This document shows positions 14,001 to 30,350 of a stretch of DNA of 64,000 nt, piece after piece. Both the position numbers and the translations under genes were made by a program. Source of the DNA: the human T2T-CHM13v2.0 reference genome, Homo sapiens. The notes beneath the pieces are model-generated. The model was not told the DNA's origin. It ran no database searches and saw only the letters and a program-made list of their open reading frames with translations. The stretch lies in the NCBI RefSeq assembly GCF_009914755.1, contig NC_060945.1. One strand, written 5' to 3'. Position 1 is the first letter of the stretch; each line of letters opens with the position of its first letter.

Positions 14001-17000
14001 TATAATATCAAAGTACCCAAGGTATATATTCTATACTGTACAAAAAATAACAAAGTACCAAAAGCATGTATAATATACTGTACATAAAATATGAAAGTAC
14101 ATCAAATATATATTTTATTCTGTACATAAAATATCAAAGTACACCAGATATATATTCTATAGTGTACATAAAATATCAAAGTACCCAAACTATACATTAT
14201 ATACTGTAAATAAAATATGAAATTACATCAAATATATTTTATATTAGGTACCTAAAATATGAAAGTACATCAAATATAGATTATATACTGTACATTAAAT
14301 ACCAAAGTACCCCAAATATATATTTTATACTGTACATGAAATATCAAAGTTCACAAACTATATATTATATACTGTACATAAATTATCAAAGTACCCAAGG
14401 TATATATTCTATACTGTACAAAAAATATCAAAGTACCCAAAGCATGTATTATATACTGTACATAAAATATGAAAGTACATCAAATATATATTTTATTCTG
14501 TACATAAAATATCAAAGTACACCAGATATATATTTTATAGTGTACATAAAATAACGAAGTACCCAAACTATAAATTATATACTGTACATAAAATATGAAA
14601 TTACATCAAATATATATTAGGTACATAAAATATGAAAGTACATCAAATATAGATTATATACTGTACATAAAATATCAATGTACCCCAAATATATATTTTA
14701 TACTGTACATGAAATATCAAAGTTCACAAACCATATATTGTATACTGTACATAAAATATCAAAGTACCCAAGGTATGTATTCTATACTGTACAAAAAATA
14801 TCAAAGTACCCAAAGCATGTATTATATAGTGTACATAAAATATGAAAGTACATCAAATATATATTTTATTCTGTACATAAAATACCAAAGAACACCAGAT
14901 ATATATTCTATAGTGTACATAAAATATCAAAGTACACAAACTATACATTATATACTGTACATAAAATATGAAATTACATCAAATATATATTATATTAGGT
15001 ACATAAAATATGAAAGTACATCAAATATAGATTATATACTGTACATAAAATATCAAAGTACCCCAAATATATATTATATACTCTACCTGAAATATCAAAG
15101 TTCACAAACTATATATTATATACTGTACATAAAATAAAGTACACAAAGTATATATTCTATACTGTACAAAAAATATCAAAGTACCCAAAGCATGTATTAT
15201 ATACTGTACATAAAATATGAAAGTACATCAAATATATATTTTATTCTGTACATAAAATATCAAAGTACACCAGATATATATTCTATAGTGTACATAAAAT
15301 ATGAAAGTACCCAAACTATACATTATATACTGTACATAAAATATGAAATTACATCAAATATATATTATATTAGGTACATAAAATATGGAAGTACATCAAA
15401 TATAGATTATATACTGTACATAAAATATCAAGGTACCCCAAATATATATTATATACTCTACATGAAATATCAAAGTTCACAAACTATATATTATATACTG
15501 TACATAAAATATCAAAGTACCCAAGGTATATATTCCATACTGCACAAAAAATTTCAAAGCACCCAAAGCATGTATTATATACTGTATATAAAATATGAAA
15601 GTACATCAAATATATATTTTATTCTGTACATAAAATATCAAAGTACACCAGATATATATTCTATAGTGTACATAAAATAACAAAGTACACAAACTATAAA
15701 TTATATACTGTACATAAAATATGAAATTACATCAAATATATATTAGGTACATAAAATATGAAAGTACATCAAATATAGATTATATACTGTACATAAAATA
15801 TCAAAGTACCCCAAATATATATTATATACTCTACATGAAATATCAAAGTTCACAAACTATATATTATATACTGTACATAAAATATCAAATTACCCAAGGT
15901 ATATATTCTATACTGTACAAAAAATATCAAAGTACCCAAAGCATGTATTATATACTGTACATAAAATATGAAAGTACATCAAATATATATTTTATTCTGT
16001 ACATAAATCATCAAAGTACACCAGATATATATTCTATAGTGTACATAAAATATAAAAGTACCGAAACTATACATTATATACTGTACATAAAATATGAAAT
16101 TACATCAAATATATATTATATTAGGTACATAATATATGAAAGTACATCAAATATAGATTATATACTGTACATAAAATATCAAAGTACCCGAAATATATAT
16201 TATATACTCTACATGAAATATCAAAGTTCACAAACTATATATTATATACTGTACATAAAATATCAAAGTACCCAAGGTATATATTCTGTAATGTACAAAA
16301 AATATCAAAGTATCCAAAGCATGTATTATACACTGTATATAAAATATGAAAGTACATTAAATATATATTTTATTCTGTACATAAAATATCAAAGTACACC
16401 AGATATATATTCTATAGTGTCTATAAAATAACAAAATACACAAACTATAAATTATATACTGTACATAAAATATGAAATTACATCAAATATATATTAGGTA
16501 CATAAAATATGAAAGTACATCAAATATAGATTATATACTGTACATAAAATGTCAATGTACCCCAAATATATATTTTATACTCTACATGAAATATCAAAGT
16601 TCACAAACCATATATTATATACTGTACATAAAATATCAAGGTACCCAAGATATATTCTATACTGTACAAAAAATATCAAAGTACCCAAAGCATGTATTAT
16701 ATACTGTACATAAAATATGAAAGCACATCAAATATATATTTTATTCTGTACATAAAACATCAAAGTACACCAGATATATATTCTATACTGTACAAAAAAT
16801 ATCAAAGTACCCAAAGCATGTATTATATACTGTACATAAAATATGAAATTACATCAAATATATATTATATTAGGTACATAAAATATGAAAGCACATCAAA
16901 TATAGATTATATACTGTACATTAAATACCAAAGTAACACAAATATATATTTTATACTGTACATCAAATATCAAAGTTCACAAACTATATATTATATACTG

Positions 17001-20000
17001 TACATAAAATATCAAAGTACCCAAGGTATATATTCTATACTGTACAAAAAATATCAAAGTACCCAAAGCATGTATTATATACTGTACATAAAATATGAAA
17101 GTACATCAAATATATATTTTATTCTGTACATAAAATATCAAAGTACACCAGATATATATTCTATAGTGTACATAAAATATCAAAGTACCCAAACTATACA
17201 TTATATACTGTACATAAAATATGAGATTACATCAAATATATATAATATTAGCTACATAAAATATGAAAGTTCATCAGATATAGATTATATACTGTACATA
17301 AAATATCAAAGTACCCCAAGTATATATTATATTCTCTACATGAAATATCAAAGTTCACAAACTATATATTATATACTGTACATAAAATATCAAATTACCC
17401 ATGGTATATATTCTATACTGTACAAAAAATATCAAAGTACCCAAAGCATGTATTATATACTGTATACAAAATATGAAAATACATTAAATATATATTTTAT
17501 TCTGTACATAAAATATCAAAGTACACCAGATATGTATTCTATAGTGTACATAAAATAACAAAGTACACAAACTATAAATTATATACTGTACGTAAAATAT
17601 GAAATTACATCAAATATATATTAGGTACATAAAATATGAAAGTACATCAAATATAGATTATATACTGTACATATAATATCAATGTACCCCAAATATATAT
17701 TTTATACTCTACATGAAATATCAAAGTTCACAAACCATACATTATATACTGTACATAAAATATCAAAGTACCCAAGGTATATATTCTATACTGTACGAAA
17801 AATATCAAAGTACCCAAAGCATGTATTATATACTGTACATAAAATAAGAAAGTACATCAAATATATATTTTATTCTGTACATAAAATATCAAAGTACACC
17901 AGATATATATTCTATAGTGTACATAAATTATCAAAGTACCCAAACTATACATTATATACTGTACATAAAATATGAAATTACATCAAATATATATTAGGTA
18001 CATAAAATATGAAAGTATATCAAATATAGATTATATACTGTACATATAATATCAATGTACCCCAAATATATATTTTCTACTCTACATGAAATATCAAAAT
18101 TCACAAACTATATATTATATACTGTAAATAAAATATCAAAGTACCCAAGGTATATATTCTATACTGTACAAAAAATATCAAAGTACCCAAAGCATGTATT
18201 ATATACTGTACATAAAATATGAAAGTACATCAAATATATATTTTATTCTGTACATAAAATATCAAAGTACACCAGATATATATTCTATAGTGTACATAAA
18301 ATATCAATGTACCCAAACTATACATTATATACTGTACATAAAATATGAAATTACATCAAATATATATTATATTAGGTACATAAAATATGAAAGCACATCA
18401 AATATAGATTATATACTGTACATTAAAAGCCAAAGTACCCCAAATATATATTTTATACTGTACATCAAATATCAAAGTTCACAAACTATATATTATATAC
18501 TGTACATAAAATATCAAAGTACCCAAGGTATATATTCTATACTGTACAAAAAATATCAAAGTATCCAAAGCATGTATTATATACTGTATATAAAATATGA
18601 AAGTACGTCAAATATATATTTTATTCTGTACATAAAATATCAAAGTACACCAGATATATATTCTATAGTGTACATAAAATAACAAAGTACACAAACTATA
18701 AATTATATACTGTACATAAAATATGAAATTACATCAAATATATATTAGGTACATAAAATATGAAAGTACATCAAATATAGATTATATACTGTACATAAAA
18801 TATCAATGTACCCCAAATATATATTTTATACTCTACATGAAATGTCAAAGTTCACAAACCATATATTATATACTGTACATAAAATATCAAAGTACCCAAG
18901 GTATATATTCTATACTATACAAAAAGTATCAAAGTACCCAAAGCATGTATTATATACTGTACCTAAAATATGAAAGTACATCAAATATATATTTTATTCT
19001 GTACATAAAATATCAAAGTACACCAGATATATATTCTATAGTGTACATAAAATATCAAAGTACCCAAACTATATATTATATACTGTACATAAAATATGAA
19101 ATTACATCAAATATATTTTATATTAGGTACATAAAATATGAAAGTACATCAAATATAGATTATATACTGTACATTAAATACCAAAGTACCCCAAATATAT
19201 ATTTTATACTGTACATGAAATATCAAAGTTCACAAACTATATATTATATACTGTACATATAATATCAAAGTACCCAGGGTATATATTCTATACTGTACAA
19301 AAAATAACAAAGTACCAAAAGCATGTATAATATACTGTACATAAAATATGAAAGTACATCAAATATATATTTTATTCTGTACATAAAATATCAAAGTACA
19401 CCAGATATATATTCTATAGTGTACATAAAATATCAAAGTACCCAAACTATACATTATATACCGTACATAAAATATGAAATTACATCAAATATATATTAGG
19501 TTCATAAAATATGAATGTACATCAAATATAGATTATATACTGTACATTAAATACCAAAGTACCCCAAATATATATTTTATACTCTACATGAAATATCAAA
19601 GTTCACAAACTATATATTATATACTGTACATAAAATATCAAAGTACCCAAGGTATATATTCTATACTGTACAAAAAATAACAAAGTACCAAAAGCATGTA
19701 TAATATACTGTACATAAAATATGAAAGTACATCAAATATATATTTTATTCTGTACATAAAATATCAAAGTACACCAGATATATATTCTATAGTGTACATA
19801 AAATATCAAAGTACCCAAACTATACATTATATACTGTAAATAAAATATGAAATTACATCAAATATATTTTATATTAGGTACCTAAAATATGAAAGTACAT
19901 CAAATATAGATTATATACTGTACATTAAATACCAAAGTACCCCAAATATATATTTTATACTGTACATGAAATATCAAAGTTCACAAACTATATATTATAT

Positions 20001-23000
20001 ACTGTACATTAATTATCAAAGTACCCAAGGTATATATTCTATACTGTACAAAAAATATCAAAGTACCCAAAGCATGTATTATATACTGTACATAAAATAT
20101 GAAAGTACATCAAATATATATTTTATTCTGTACATAAAATATCAAAGTACACCAGATATATATTTTATAGTGTACATAAAATAACGAAGTACCCAAACTA
20201 TAAATTATATACTGTACATAAAATATGAAATTACATCAAATATATATTAGGTACATAAAATATGAAAGTACATCAAATATAGATTATATACTGTACATAA
20301 AATATCAATGTACCCCAAATATATATTTTATACTGTACATGAAATATCAAAGTTCACAAACCATATATTGTATACTGTACATAAAATATCAAAGTACCCA
20401 AGGTATGTATTCTATACTGTACAAAAAATATCAAAGTACCCAAAGCATGTATTATATACTGTACATAAAATATGAAAGTACATCAAATATATATTTTATT
20501 CTGTACATAAATTATCAAAGAACACCAGATATATATTCTATAGTGTACATAAAATATCAAAGTACACAAACTATACATTATATACTGTACATAAAATATG
20601 AAATTACATCAAATATATATTATATTAGGTACATAAAATATGAAAGTACATCAAATATAGATTATATACTGTACATAAAATATCAAAGTACCCCAAATAT
20701 ATATTATATACTCTACATGAAATATCAAAGTTCACAAACTATATATTATATACTATACATAAAATAAAGTACACAAAGTATATATTCTATACTGTACAAA
20801 AAATATCAAAGTACCCAAAGCATGTATTATATACTGTACATAAAATATGAAAGTACATCAAATATATATTTTATTCTGTACATAAAATATCAAAGTACAC
20901 CAGATATATATTCTATAGTGTACATAAAATATGAAAGTACCCAAACTATACATTATATACTGTACATAAAATATGAAATTACATCAAATATATATTATAT
21001 TAGGTACATAAAATATGAAAGTACATCAAATATAGATTATATACTGTACATAAAATATCAAGGTACCCCAAATATATATTATATACTCTACATGAAATAT
21101 CAAAGTTCACAAACTATATATTATATACTGTACATAAAATATCAAAGTACCCAAGGTATATATTCCATACTGCACAAAAAATTTCAAAGCACCCAAAGCA
21201 TGTATTATATACTGTATATAAAATATGAAAGTACATCAAATATATATTTTATTCTGTACATAAAATATCAAAGTACACCAGATATATATTCTATAGTGTA
21301 CATAAAATAACAAAGTACACAAACTATAAATTATATACTGTACATAAAATATGAAATTACATCAAATATATATTAGGTACATAAAATATGAAAGTACATC
21401 AAATATAGATTATATACTGTACATAAAATATCAAAGTACCCCAAATATATATTATATACTCTACATGAAATATCAAAGTTCACAAACTATATATTATATA
21501 CTGTACATAAAATATCAAAATACCCAAGGTATATATTCTATACTGTACAAAAAATATCAAAGTACCCAAAGCATGTATTATATACTGTACATAAAATATG
21601 AAAGTACATCAAATATATATTTTATTCTGTACATAAAACATAAAGGACACCAGATATATATTCTATAGTGTACATAAAATATAAAAGTACCAAAACTATA
21701 CATTATATACTGTACATAAAATATGAAATTACATCAAATATATATTATATTAGGTACATAATATATGAAAGTACATCAAATATAGATTATATACACTACA
21801 TAAAATATCAAAGTACCCGAAATATGTATTATATACTCTACATGAAATATCAAAGTTCACAAACTATATATTATATACTGTACATAAAATATCAAAGTAC
21901 CCAAGGTATATATTCTGTAATGTACAAAAAATATCAAAGTATCCAAAGCATGTATTATACACTGTATATAAAATATGAAATTACATTAAATATATATTTT
22001 ATTCTGTACATAAAATATCAAAGTACACCAGATATATATTCTATAGTGTCTATAAAATTACAAAATACACAAACTATAAATTATATACTGTACATAAAAT
22101 ATGAAATTACATCAAATATATATTAGGTACATAAAATATGAAAGTACATCAAATATAGATTATATACTGTACATATAATATCAATGTACCCCAAATATAT
22201 ATTTTATACTCTACATGAAATATCAAAGTTCACAAACCATACATTATATACTGTACATAAAATATCAAATTACCCAAGGTATATATTCTATACTGTACAA
22301 AAAATATCAAAGTACCCAAAGCATGTATTATATACTGTACATAAAATATGAAAGTACATCAAATATATATTTTATTCTGTACATAAAATATCAAAGTACA
22401 CCAGATATATATTCTATAGTGTACATAAAATATCAAATTACCCAAACTATACATTATATACTGTACATAAAATATGAAATTACATCAAATATATATTATA
22501 TTAGGTACATAAAATATGAAAGTACATCAAATATAGATTATATACTGTACATAAAATATCAAAGTACCCAAATATATATTATATACTCTACATGAAATAT
22601 CAAAGTTCACAAACTATATATTATATACTATACATAAAATATCAAAGTACCCAAGGTATATATTCTATACTGTACAAAAAATATCAAAGTACCCAAAGCA
22701 TGTATTATATACTGTACATAAAATATGAAAGTACATCAAATATATATTTTATTCTGTACATAAAATATCAAAGTACACCAGATATATATTCTATAGTGTA
22801 CATAAAATAACAAAGTACACAAACTATAAATTATATACTGTACATAAAATATGAAATTACATCAAATATATATTAGGTACATAAAATATGAAAGTACATC
22901 AAATATAGATTATATACTGTACATAAAATATCAAAGTACCCCAAATATATATTATATACTGTACATGAAATATCAAAGTTCACAAACTATATATTATATA

Positions 23001-26000
23001 CTGTACATAAAATATCAAAGTACCCGAGGTATATATTCTATACTGTACAAAAAATATCAAAGTACCCAAAACATGTATTATATACTGTACATAAAATATG
23101 AAAGTACATCAAATATATATTTTATTCTGTACATAAAATATCAAAGTACACCAGATATATATTCTATAGTGTACATAAAATAACAAAGTACACAAACGAT
23201 AAATTATATACTGTACATAAAATATGACATTACATCAAATATATATTAGGTACATAAAATATGAAAGTACATCAAATATAGATTATATACTGTACATAAA
23301 ATATCAATGTACCCCAAATATATATTTTATACTCTACATGAAATATCAAAGTTCACAAACCATATATTATATACTGTACATATAATATCAAAGTACCCAA
23401 GGTATATATTCTATACAGTACAAAAAATATCAAAGTACCCAAAGCATGTATTTTATACTGTACATAAAATATGAAACTACATCAAATATATATTTTATTC
23501 TGGACAAAAAATATCAAAGTACACCAGACATATTTTCTATAGTGTACATAAAATATCAAAGTACCCAAAGCATGTATTATATACTGTACATAAAATATGA
23601 AAGTACATCAAATATATATTTTATTCTGTACATAAAATATCAAAGTACACCAGATATATATTCTATAGTGTACATAAAATATCAAAAGTACCCAAACTAT
23701 ACATTATATACTGTACATAAAATATGAACTTACATCAAATATATATTATATTAGTACATAAAATATGAAAGTACATCAAATATAGATTATATACTGTACA
23801 TTAAATACCAAAGTACCCCAAATATATATTTTATACTGTACATGTAATATCAAAGTTCACACACTATATATTATATACTGTACATAAAATATCAAAGTAC
23901 CCAAGGTATATATTCTATACTGTACAAAAAACATCAAAGTACCCAAAGCATGTATTATATACTGTACATAAAATATGAAAGTACATCAAATATATATTTT
24001 ATTCTGTACATAAAATATCAAAGTACACCAGATATATATTCTATAGTGTATATAAAATATCAAAGTACCCAAACTATAAATTATATACTGTACATAAAAT
24101 ATGAAATTACATCAAATATATATTATATTAGGTACATAAAATATGAAAGTACATCAAATATAGATTATATACTGTACATAAAATATCAAAGTACCCCAAA
24201 GATATATTATATACTCTACATGAAATATCAAAGTTCACAAACTATATATTATATACTGTACATAAAATATCAAAGTACCCAAGGTATATATTCTATACTG
24301 TACAAAAAATATCAAAGTACCCAAAGCATGTATTATATACTGTATATAAAATATGAAAGTACATCAAATATATATTTTATTCTGTACATAAAATATCAAA
24401 GTACACCAGATATATATTCTATAGTGTACATAAAATAACAAAGTACACAAACTATAAATTATATACTGTACGTAAAATATGAAATTACATCAAATATATA
24501 TTAGGTACATAAAATATGAAAGTACATCAAATATAGATTATATACTGTACATATATTATCAATGTACCCCAAATATATATTTTATACTCTACATGAAATA
24601 TCAAAGTTCAGAAACCATATATTATATACTGTACATAAAATATCAAAGTACCCAAGGTATATATTCTATACTGTACAAAAAATATCAAAGTACCCAAAGC
24701 ATGTATTATATACTGTACATAAAATATGAAAGCACATCAAATATATATTTTATTCTGTACATAAAACATCAAAGTACACCAGATATATATTCTATACTGT
24801 ACAAAAAATATCAAAGTACCCAAAGCATGTATTATATACTGTACATAAAATATGAAATTACATCAAATATATATTATATTAGGTACATAAAATATGAAAG
24901 CACATCAAATATAGATTATATACTGTACATTAAATACCAAAGTAACACAAATATATATTTTATACTGTAAATCAAATATCAAAGTTCACAAACTATATAT
25001 TATATACTGTACATAAAATATCAAAGTACCCAAGGTATGTATTCTATACTGTATAAAAAATATCAAAGTACCCAAAGCATGTATTATATACTGTACATAA
25101 AATATGAAAGTACATCAAATATATATTTTATTCTGTACATAAAATATCAAAGTACACCAGATATATATTCTGTAGTGTACATAAAATATCAAAGTACCCA
25201 AACTATACATTATATACTGTACATAAAATATGAGATTACATCAAATATATATAATATTAGCTACATAAAATATGAAAGTACATCAGATATAGATTATATA
25301 CTGTACAAAAAATATCAAAGTACCCCAAATATATATTATATTCTCTACATGAAATATCAAAGTTCACAAACTATATATTATATACTGTACATAAAATATC
25401 AAAGTACCCATGGTATATATTCTATACTGTACAAAAAATATCAAAGTACCCAAAGCATGTATTATATACTGTATACAAAATATGAAAATACATTAAATAT
25501 ATATTTTATTCTGTACATAAAATATCAAAGTACACCAGATATGTATTCTATAGTGTACATAAAATAACAAAGTACACAAACTATAAATTATATACTGTAC
25601 GTAAAATATGAAATTACATCAAATATATATTAGGTACATAAAATATGAAAGTACATCAAATATAGATTATATACTGTACATATAATATCAATGTACCCCA
25701 AATATATATTTTATACTCTACATGAAATATCAAAGTTCACAAACCATACATTATATACTGTACATAAAATATCAAAGTACCCAAGGTATATATTCTATAC
25801 TGTACGAAAAATATCAAAGTACCCAAAGCATGTATTATATACTGTACATAAAATATGAAAGTACATCAAATATATATTTTATTCTGTACATAAAATATCA
25901 AAGTACACCAGATATATATTCTATAGTGTACATAAAATATCAAAGTACCCAAACTATACATTATATACTGTACATAAAATATGAAATTACATCAAATATA

Positions 26001-29000
26001 TATTAGGTACATAAAATATGAAAGTATATCAAATATAGATTATATACTGTACATATAATATCAATGTACCCCAAATATATATTTTATACTCTACATGAAA
26101 TATCAAAATTCACAAACTATATATTATATACTGTACATAAAATATCAAAGTACCCAAGTTATATATTCTATACTGTACAAAAAATATCAAAGTACCCAAA
26201 GCATGTTTTATATACTGTACATAAAATATGAAAGTACATCAAATATATATTTTATTCTGTAAATAAAATATCAAAGTACACCAGATATATATTCTATAGT
26301 GTACATAAAATATCAATGTACCCAAACTATACATTATATACTGTACATAAAATATGAAATTACATCAAATATATATTATATTAGGTACATAAAATATGAA
26401 AGCACATCAAATATAGATTATATACTGTACATTAAATGCCAAAGTACCCCAAATATATATTTTATACTGTACATCAAATATCAAAGTTCACAAACTATAT
26501 ATTATATACTGTACATAAAATATCAAAGTACCCAAGGTATATATTCTATACTGTACAAAAAATATCAAAGTATCCAAAGCATGTATTATATACTTTATAT
26601 AAAATATGAAAGTACGTCAAATATATATTTTATTCTGTACATAAAATATCAAAGTACACCAGATATATATTCTATAGTGTACATAAAATAACAAAGTACA
26701 CAAACTATAAATTATATACTGTACATAAAATATGAAATTACATCAAATATATATTAGGTACATAAAATATGAAAGTACATCAAATATAGATTATATACTG
26801 TACATATAATATCAATGTACCCCAAATATATATTTTATACTCTACATGAAATATCAAAGTTCACAAACCATATATTATATACTGTACATAAAATATCAAA
26901 GTACCCAAGGTATATATTCTATACTATACAAAAAGTATCAAAGTACCCAAAGCATGTATTATATACTGTACCTAAAATATGAAAGTACATCAAATATATA
27001 TTTTATTCTGTACATAAAATATCAAAGTACACCAGATATATATTCTATACTGTACATAAAATATCAAAGTACCCAAACTATATATTATATACTGTACATA
27101 AAATATGAAATTACATCAAATATATTTTATATTAGGTACATAAAATATGAAAGTACATCAAATATAGATTATATACTGTACATTAAATACCAAAGTACCC
27201 CAAATATATATTTTATACTGTACATAAAATATCAAAGTTCACAAACTATATATTATATACTGTACATATAATATCAAAGTACCCAGGGTATATATTCTAT
27301 ACTGTACAAAAAATAACAAAGTACCAAAAGCATGTATAATATACTGTACATAAAATTTGAAAGTACATCAAATATATATTTTATTCTGTACATAAAATAT
27401 CAAAGTACACCCGATATATATTCTATAGTGTACATAAAATATCAAAGTACCCAAACTATACATTATATACCGTACATAAAATATGAAATTACATCAAATA
27501 TATATTAGGTTCATAAAATATGAAAGTACATCAAATATAGATTATATACTGTACATTAAATACCAAAGTACCCCAAATATATATTTTATACTCTACATGA
27601 AATATCAAAGTTCACAAACTATATATTATATACTGTACATATAATATCAAAGTACCCAAGGTATATATTCTATACTGTACAAAAAATAACAAAGTACCAA
27701 AAGCATGTATAATATACTGTACATAAAATATGAAAGTACATCAAATATATATTTTATTCTGTACATAAAATATCAAAGTACACCAGATATATATTCTATA
27801 GTGTACATAAAATATCAAAGTACCCAAACTATACATTATATACTGTAAATAAAATATGAAATTACATCAAATATATTTTATATTAGGTACCTAAAATATG
27901 AAAGTACATCAAATATAGATTATATACTGTACATTAAATACCAAAGTACCCCAAATATATATTTTATACTGTACATGAAATATCAAAGTTCACAAACTAT
28001 ATATTATATACTGTACATAAATTATCAAAGTACCCAAGGTATATATTCTATACTGTACAAAAAATATCAAAGTACCCAAAGCATGTATTATATACTGTAC
28101 ATAAAATATGAAAGTACATCAAATATATATTTTATTCTGTACATAAAATATCAAAGTACACCAGATATATATTTTATAGTGTACATAAAATAACGAAGTA
28201 CCCAAACTATAAATTATATACTGTACATAAAATATGAAATTACATCAAATATATATTAGGTACATAAAATATGAAAGTACATCAAATATAGATTATATAC
28301 TGTACATAAAATATCAATGTACCCCAAATATATATTTTATACTGTACATGAAATATCAAAGTTCACAAACCATATATTGTATACTGTACATAAAATATCA
28401 AAGTACCCAAGGTATGTATTCTATACTGTACAAAAAATATCAAAGTACCCAAAGCATGTATTATATAGTGTACATAAAATATGAAAGTACATCAAATATA
28501 TATTTTATTCTGTACATAAAATATCAAAGAACACCAGATATATATTCTATAGTGTACATAAAATATCAAAGTACACAAACTATACATTATATACTGTACA
28601 TAAAATATGAAATTACATCAAATATATATTATATTAGGTACATAAAATATGAAAGTACATCAAATATAGATTATATACTGTACATAAAATATCAAAGTAC
28701 CCCAAATATATATTATATACTCTACCTGAAATATCAAAGTTCACAAACTATATATTATATACTGTACATAAAATAAAGTACACAAAGTATATATTCTATA
28801 CTGTACAAAAAATATCAAAGTACCCAAAGCATGTATTATATACTGTACATAAAATATGAAAGTACATCAAATATATATTTTATTCTGTACATAAAATATC
28901 AAAGTACACCAGATATATATTCTATAGTGTACATAAAATATGAAAGTACCCAAACTATACATTATATACTGTACATAAAATATGAAATTACATCAAATAT

Positions 29001-30350
29001 ATATTATATTAGGTACATAAAATATGGAAGTACATCAAATATAGATTATATACTGTACATAAAATATCAAGGTACCCCAAATATATATTATATACTCTAC
29101 ATGAAATATCAAAGTTCACAAACTATATATTATATACTGTACATAAAATATCAAAGTACCCAAGGTATATATTCCATACTGCACAAAAAATTTCAAAGCA
29201 CCCAAAGCATGTATTATATACTGTATATAAAATATGAAAGTACATCAAATATATATTTTATTCTGTACATAAAATATCAAAGTACACCAGATATATATTC
29301 TATAGTGTACATAAAATAACAAAGTACACAAACTATAAATTATATACTGTACATAAAATATGAAATTACATCAAATATATATTAGGTACATAAAATATGA
29401 AAGTACATCAAATATAGATTATATACTGTACATAAAATATCAAAGTACCCCAAATATATATTATATACTCTACATGAAATATCAAAGTTCACAAACTATA
29501 TATTATATACTGTACATAAAATATCAAATTACCCAAGGTATATATTCTATACTGTACAAAAAATATCAAAGTACCCAAAGCATGTATTATATACTGTACA
29601 TAAAATATGAAAGTACATCAAATATATATTTTATTCTGTACATAAATCATCAAAGTACACCAGATATATATTCTATAGTGTACATAAAATATAAAAGTAC
29701 CGAAACTATACATTATATACTGTACATAAAATATGAAATTACATCAAATATATATTATATTAGGTACATAATATATGAAAGTACATCAAATATAGATTAT
29801 ATACTGTACATAAAATATCAAAGTACCCGAAATATATATTATATACTCTACATGAAATATCAAAGTTCACAAACTATATATTATATACTGTACATAAAAT
29901 ATCAAAGTACCCAAGGTATATATTCTGTAATGTACAAAAAATATCAAAGTATCCAAAGCATGTATTATACACTGTATATAAAATATGAAAGTACATTAAA
30001 TATATATTTTATTCTGTACATAAAATATCAAAGTACACCAGATATATATTCTATAGTGTCTATAAAATAACAAAATACACAAACTATAAATTATATACTG
30101 TACATAAAATATGAAATTACATCAAATATATATTAGGTACATAAAATATGAAAGTACATCAAATATAGATTATATACTGTACATAAAATGTCAATGTACC
30201 CCAAATATATATTTTATACTCTACATGAAATATCAAAGTTCACAAACCATATATTATATACTGTACATAAAATATCAAGGTACCCAAGATATATTCTATA
30301 CTGTACAAAAAATATCAAAGTACCCAAAGCATGTATTATATACTGTACAT
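8010..30350. repeat. Macro-repeat: ~8.01 kb + ~5.63 kb + ~8.01 kb units plus a partial unit (13.64-kb duplication)
   Basis: ORF offsets are 13640/13639 (8575/22215, 9806/23446, 10840/24479, 16472/30111) and 5630 (14336/19966, 14595/20225, 15192/20822). Rare markers recur: 'cccgaaat' at 8176, 16187, 21816 and 29826; 'aagtaacaca' at 11301, 16931 and 24940; the 3-bp deletion 'aaaataaagtacacaaagt' at 15131, 20761 and 28770. Confidence 0.92.
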
